Source of the DNA: Nitrospirota bacterium | GTDB lineage: Bacteria; Nitrospirota; UBA9217 | Length of the DNA stretch: 36,740 nucleotides | Direction: 5' to 3' | NCBI GenBank assembly: GCA_035623825.1 | Contig: DASPSR010000059.1 | Location: 1-36,740 of the forward strand | Shown: positions 33,898 to 36,740 of the stretch, piece by piece | Layout: every line of letters starts with the position of its first letter | Position numbering within the stretch: the stretch's first letter is position 1 | The notes under the pieces: model-generated | Seen by the model: the letters and a program-made list of their open reading frames with translations, nothing else | Databases searched by the model: none | Told to the model about the DNA's origin: nothing | Translations under genes and position numbers: made by a program

Positions 33898-34806
33898 ATG
33901 GAAGACCATAAACTGAGAGTTTTCTGTGCCGTCGCAGAAACCAAAAGCTTTTCAAAGGCCTCCGAGCTCATACACCTCACTCAGCCTGCGGTGAGTCTCC
34001 AGGTTCAGGCCATGGAGGAGCTTTACGAGACACGCCTGTTCGACCGGTCCGGCAACACCATCAATCTGACGCCGGCGGGCGAAATTCTCTACAGGCGAGC
34101 AAAGGAAATCCTCGCGCTGTATGCCGAGGCGCAGAAGAACATCAGCGAGATAACCGGTGCAATCAAAGGATCGCTCTCCATCGGCGCCAGCTCGACCATC
34201 GGCAACTATCTCCTCCCCTCCATCGTTTCCGCGTTCAAGAAAAAAGTCCCCCAGGTCAACATATCGCTCGTGGTCGGCAACACGAAGACAATCACCGAAA
34301 AACTGAACGCCGGCGAGATTGACATTGCACTTGTGGAGGGCGACGTGAACAAACAGCGTTTTAGCGTTGACATCCTGCTCTCGGACGAGCTTGTGATAAT
34401 TATGTCCCCGGCACACCCCTGGGCCGAGCGTCGCAATATCCCAGGCATGGACCTGATCAAGGAGCCGCTCATACTTCGCGAAGAGGGGTCAGGCACCCGC
34501 CAGATCATCCTGAAGCACCTGGAAGAGCACGGGATCAAGCTTGACAGCCTCAAGATTGCGCTCGTGCTGGGCAGCACCGAGTCCATCAAGAGTGCGGTGG
34601 AGGAAGGCATGGGCGTGTCTATTGTGTCAGCCTGGGCAGCGCGTCAGGCGATCAAGCACGGCGTGCTCAAAGCCACCACGTTCAAGGACGTCAAGTTCCA
34701 CAGGAATTTCAGTATCATCTCGCCCAAGCGTAATTACTGCACTCATACTGCCAAGGAGTTCCTGAGCTTCCTGAAGGTATACCCCATCAAGACGCCGTTA
34801 CCTTGA
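33898..34806 (+). CDS. LysR-family transcriptional regulator (CysL-like)
   Basis: SFSKASELIHLTQPAVSLQV HTH, GASSTIGNYLLP and REEGSGTR. Confidence 0.93.
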   Translation: MEDHKLRVFCAVAETKSFSKASELIHLTQPAVSLQVQAMEELYETRLFDRSGNTINLTPAGEILYRRAKEILALYAEAQKNISEITGAIKGSLSIGASSTIGNYLLPSIVSAFKKKVPQVNISLVVGNTKTITEKLNAGEIDIALVEGDVNKQRFSVDILLSDELVIIMSPAHPWAERRNIPGMDLIKEPLILREEGSGTRQIILKHLEEHGIKLDSLKIALVLGSTESIKSAVEEGMGVSIVSAWAARQAIKHGVLKATTFKDVKFHRNFSIISPKRNYCTHTAKEFLSFLKVYPIKTPLP

Positions 34807-34936
34807 CCTCGAGCCTGTTCGCGGCGGACTACAGGCGGCAACCACTGTTTGCCGCAAGCAAGCGGAACCTGAATCTCGGCTGACCGGCCCCGAACAGACT
34901 TGTCTGATTTAAAAAACAGCGTGGTCGCTGCTCTCT

Positions 34937-36286
34937 CTACCCAAGTTTCTCTTTGATGATCCCGGTAAGATCATCGGCAAGCTTACGAATCTCTTGCTGG
35001 TCTTCGCCTTCGATCATGACGCGGACCTTGGGTTCGGTGCCGGAATAGCGCACGATGAGTCGCCCGTTACGGCCCAGTTTCTTCTCGACCTCAGCCATTC
35101 GTTGGGCGACCTCCGGAATCAATGCGAGATCGCGCCGCTCCTTCACGTTCACGTTCACGAGCGTTTGGGGATAGGTTTTCATGCAGGCGGCGAGTTCCGA
35201 GAGCTTTCTGCCGGCCTGTTTCATGATCACAAGAATCTGGAGCGCCGATATAAGCCCGTCGCCAGTCGTGTTGTGGTCTAGGAAGATTACATGGCCGGAC
35301 TGTTCGCCGCCGAGATTGTAGCCGCCTTCAAGCATTTTTTCCATTACGTAACGGTCTCCGACAGCAGCCCGGACGAGCTTGCCCCCCGCATTCTGCATCG
35401 CGAGTTCGAGGCCGAGATTGCTCATGACCGTTGCAACAAGCGTCTTCTGTTTGAGCCTGCCCTCTTTCATCATCTGGAGCGCGCAGATGGCCATCACCTT
35501 GTCGCCGTCTACGACGGCACCCTTCTCATCGCACATCATGACGCGGTCTGCGTCGCCGTCGAAAGCGATGCCGATCTGCGCGTTGTTCGCCACCACCGCA
35601 TGGGAGACTACTTCAGGGTAGAGCGATCCGCAGCCCTGGTTGATATTCATCCCGTCCGGTTCGTCATAAAGCGAGATAACGTCCGCTCCGAGCTCGATAA
35701 GAATGCGCGGTCCTATCTTATAAGCGGCGCCGTTTGCCGAATCTACGACGATGCGAAGGCCCGAAAGGTCCATGCCGCGCGGAATCGACGATTTTACGAA
35801 CTCGTTGTACCGGCCGATCGCATCGTCGATCCTGAAGGCCTTTCCAATCTCCGCAGCCGTCGGTCGAATCGAATCGATTGCGCCTGAAAAAATCAGGTCT
35901 TCCATCTTCTTTTCGACGTCGTCCGGAAGCTTGAACCCATCTCGTCCGAAGAACTTGATGCCATTGTCCTCATAAGGATTGTGCGATGCCGAAATCACGA
36001 CTCCCGCATCGGCCCTGAGGCTTCTCGTAAGAAATGCGATACCGGGCGTGGGAACCGGGCCGACGAGGAGAACGTCCACGCCCATGGAGCAAAGTCCCGA
36101 GGTGAGTGCGCTTTCAATCATGTATCCGGAGAGCCTTGTGTCCTTGCCGATGACGATCCGGTGACGGCGCGAAGAATCGCGGAACACGTGCGCTGCTGCC
36201 CGTCCGATGCGCAGCGCCATCTCCGAGGTCATGGGGTCCTGGTTCGCCACTCCCCGTACACCGTCTGTCCCAAACAATTTTTTCAT
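34937..36286 (-). CDS. glmM: Phosphoglucosamine mutase
   Basis: [29 protein letters not shown] and RYSGTEP. Confidence 0.98.
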   Translation of the reverse strand: MKKLFGTDGVRGVANQDPMTSEMALRIGRAAAHVFRDSSRRHRIVIGKDTRLSGYMIESALTSGLCSMGVDVLLVGPVPTPGIAFLTRSLRADAGVVISASHNPYEDNGIKFFGRDGFKLPDDVEKKMEDLIFSGAIDSIRPTAAEIGKAFRIDDAIGRYNEFVKSSIPRGMDLSGLRIVVDSANGAAYKIGPRILIELGADVISLYDEPDGMNINQGCGSLYPEVVSHAVVANNAQIGIAFDGDADRVMMCDEKGAVVDGDKVMAICALQMMKEGRLKQKTLVATVMSNLGLELAMQNAGGKLVRAAVGDRYVMEKMLEGGYNLGGEQSGHVIFLDHNTTGDGLISALQILVIMKQAGRKLSELAACMKTYPQTLVNVNVKERRDLALIPEVAQRMAEVEKKLGRNGRLIVRYSGTEPKVRVMIEGEDQQEIRKLADDLTGIIKEKLG

Positions 36287-36740
36287 TTGTTCACCCTTTC
36301 AATATGCAACTGCACGATGATGGTCTTATCAAGAATCTTTACTGACTTTCCCTGGTAGTCGATCTTGGGTTCCACCGCCGCGCTTTCCTGAGCACCCTTA
36401 ATATCGATGGGCATGGTCTGGAGTCCTTCCAAGGTCGATATCACGCCCGACGGACCCTCGACCATGATCTTTGGCGGTGTCACCGTTGCCCCCGTCAGGC
36501 GGTAACCCGGGGCTGGAACTCCGCGCAGAACAGGTTGCAATTTGATGATCTTTCGTATGAGCGGTTCGAGCTTTACTATGATATCCGTGGGCGACATATA
36601 CGATACCGTGACCCCTGCAGGGCACCTGATATCGTCGGGAGAGATGCGAACGTGGTTCTCACCGATCTTAGTCATCGAAAGGTCAAGGATCCCGATTATC
36701 TTTTTCCCGATCGTAGCGTCCCCGAGCACCCGCTCCTGTC
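36283..36740 (-). CDS. CdaR/YbbR-like domain protein, C-terminal part; frame continues beyond the window
   Basis: GVPAPGYRL...[11 protein letters not shown] YbbR-repeat pattern; the stop overlaps the glmM start (ATGA), as in cdaA-cdaR-glmM operons. Confidence 0.8.
   Translation of the reverse strand, partial: QERVLGDATIGKKIIGILDLSMTKIGENHVRISPDDIRCPAGVTVSYMSPTDIIVKLEPLIRKIIKLQPVLRGVPAPGYRLTGATVTPPKIMVEGPSGVISTLEGLQTMPIDIKGAQESAAVEPKIDYQGKSVKILDKTIIVQLHIERVNK

Noticed and set aside
1-36740. CRISPR arrays, transposases, integrases, prophage, rRNA or tRNA genes
   Set aside because: No regularly spaced repeats or matching motifs seen anywhere in the window.

Overview
Bacterial chromosomal window from a diderm (LptE, MurJ) organism using the futalosine menaquinone route. 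Gene content and order resemble Nitrospirota or deltaproteobacterial genomes (inference, no search run). Most of it is housekeeping: murJ (partial), rpsT, holA-lptE-leuS, der, aspS, ccdA, a moaD-moaE fusion, lemA-htpX-like, mqnB-mqnD, aroC-aroK-aroB, a tRNA nucleotidyltransferase, a LysR regulator, glmM and cdaR (partial). The standout is a 2642-aa ORF (11518-19446) that joins FixC-like flavoprotein, FixX-like ferredoxin, a degenerate acyl-CoA dehydrogenase (ACAD), an intact-looking ACAD, ETF-beta and ETF-alpha. This would put an acyl-CoA to ETF to quinone chain on one polypeptide, with the two ACAD modules carrying complementary halves of one FAD site. Reading the DNA directly also gives features missing from the ORF track: a 58-aa CxxC-(TGA)-CxxC putative selenoprotein with a stem-loop right after the TGA, a 57-aa Cys-motif microprotein, a decayed cold-shock gene and a frameshifted rpsU flanking an RRM gene. 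All assignments come from motif recognition by eye.
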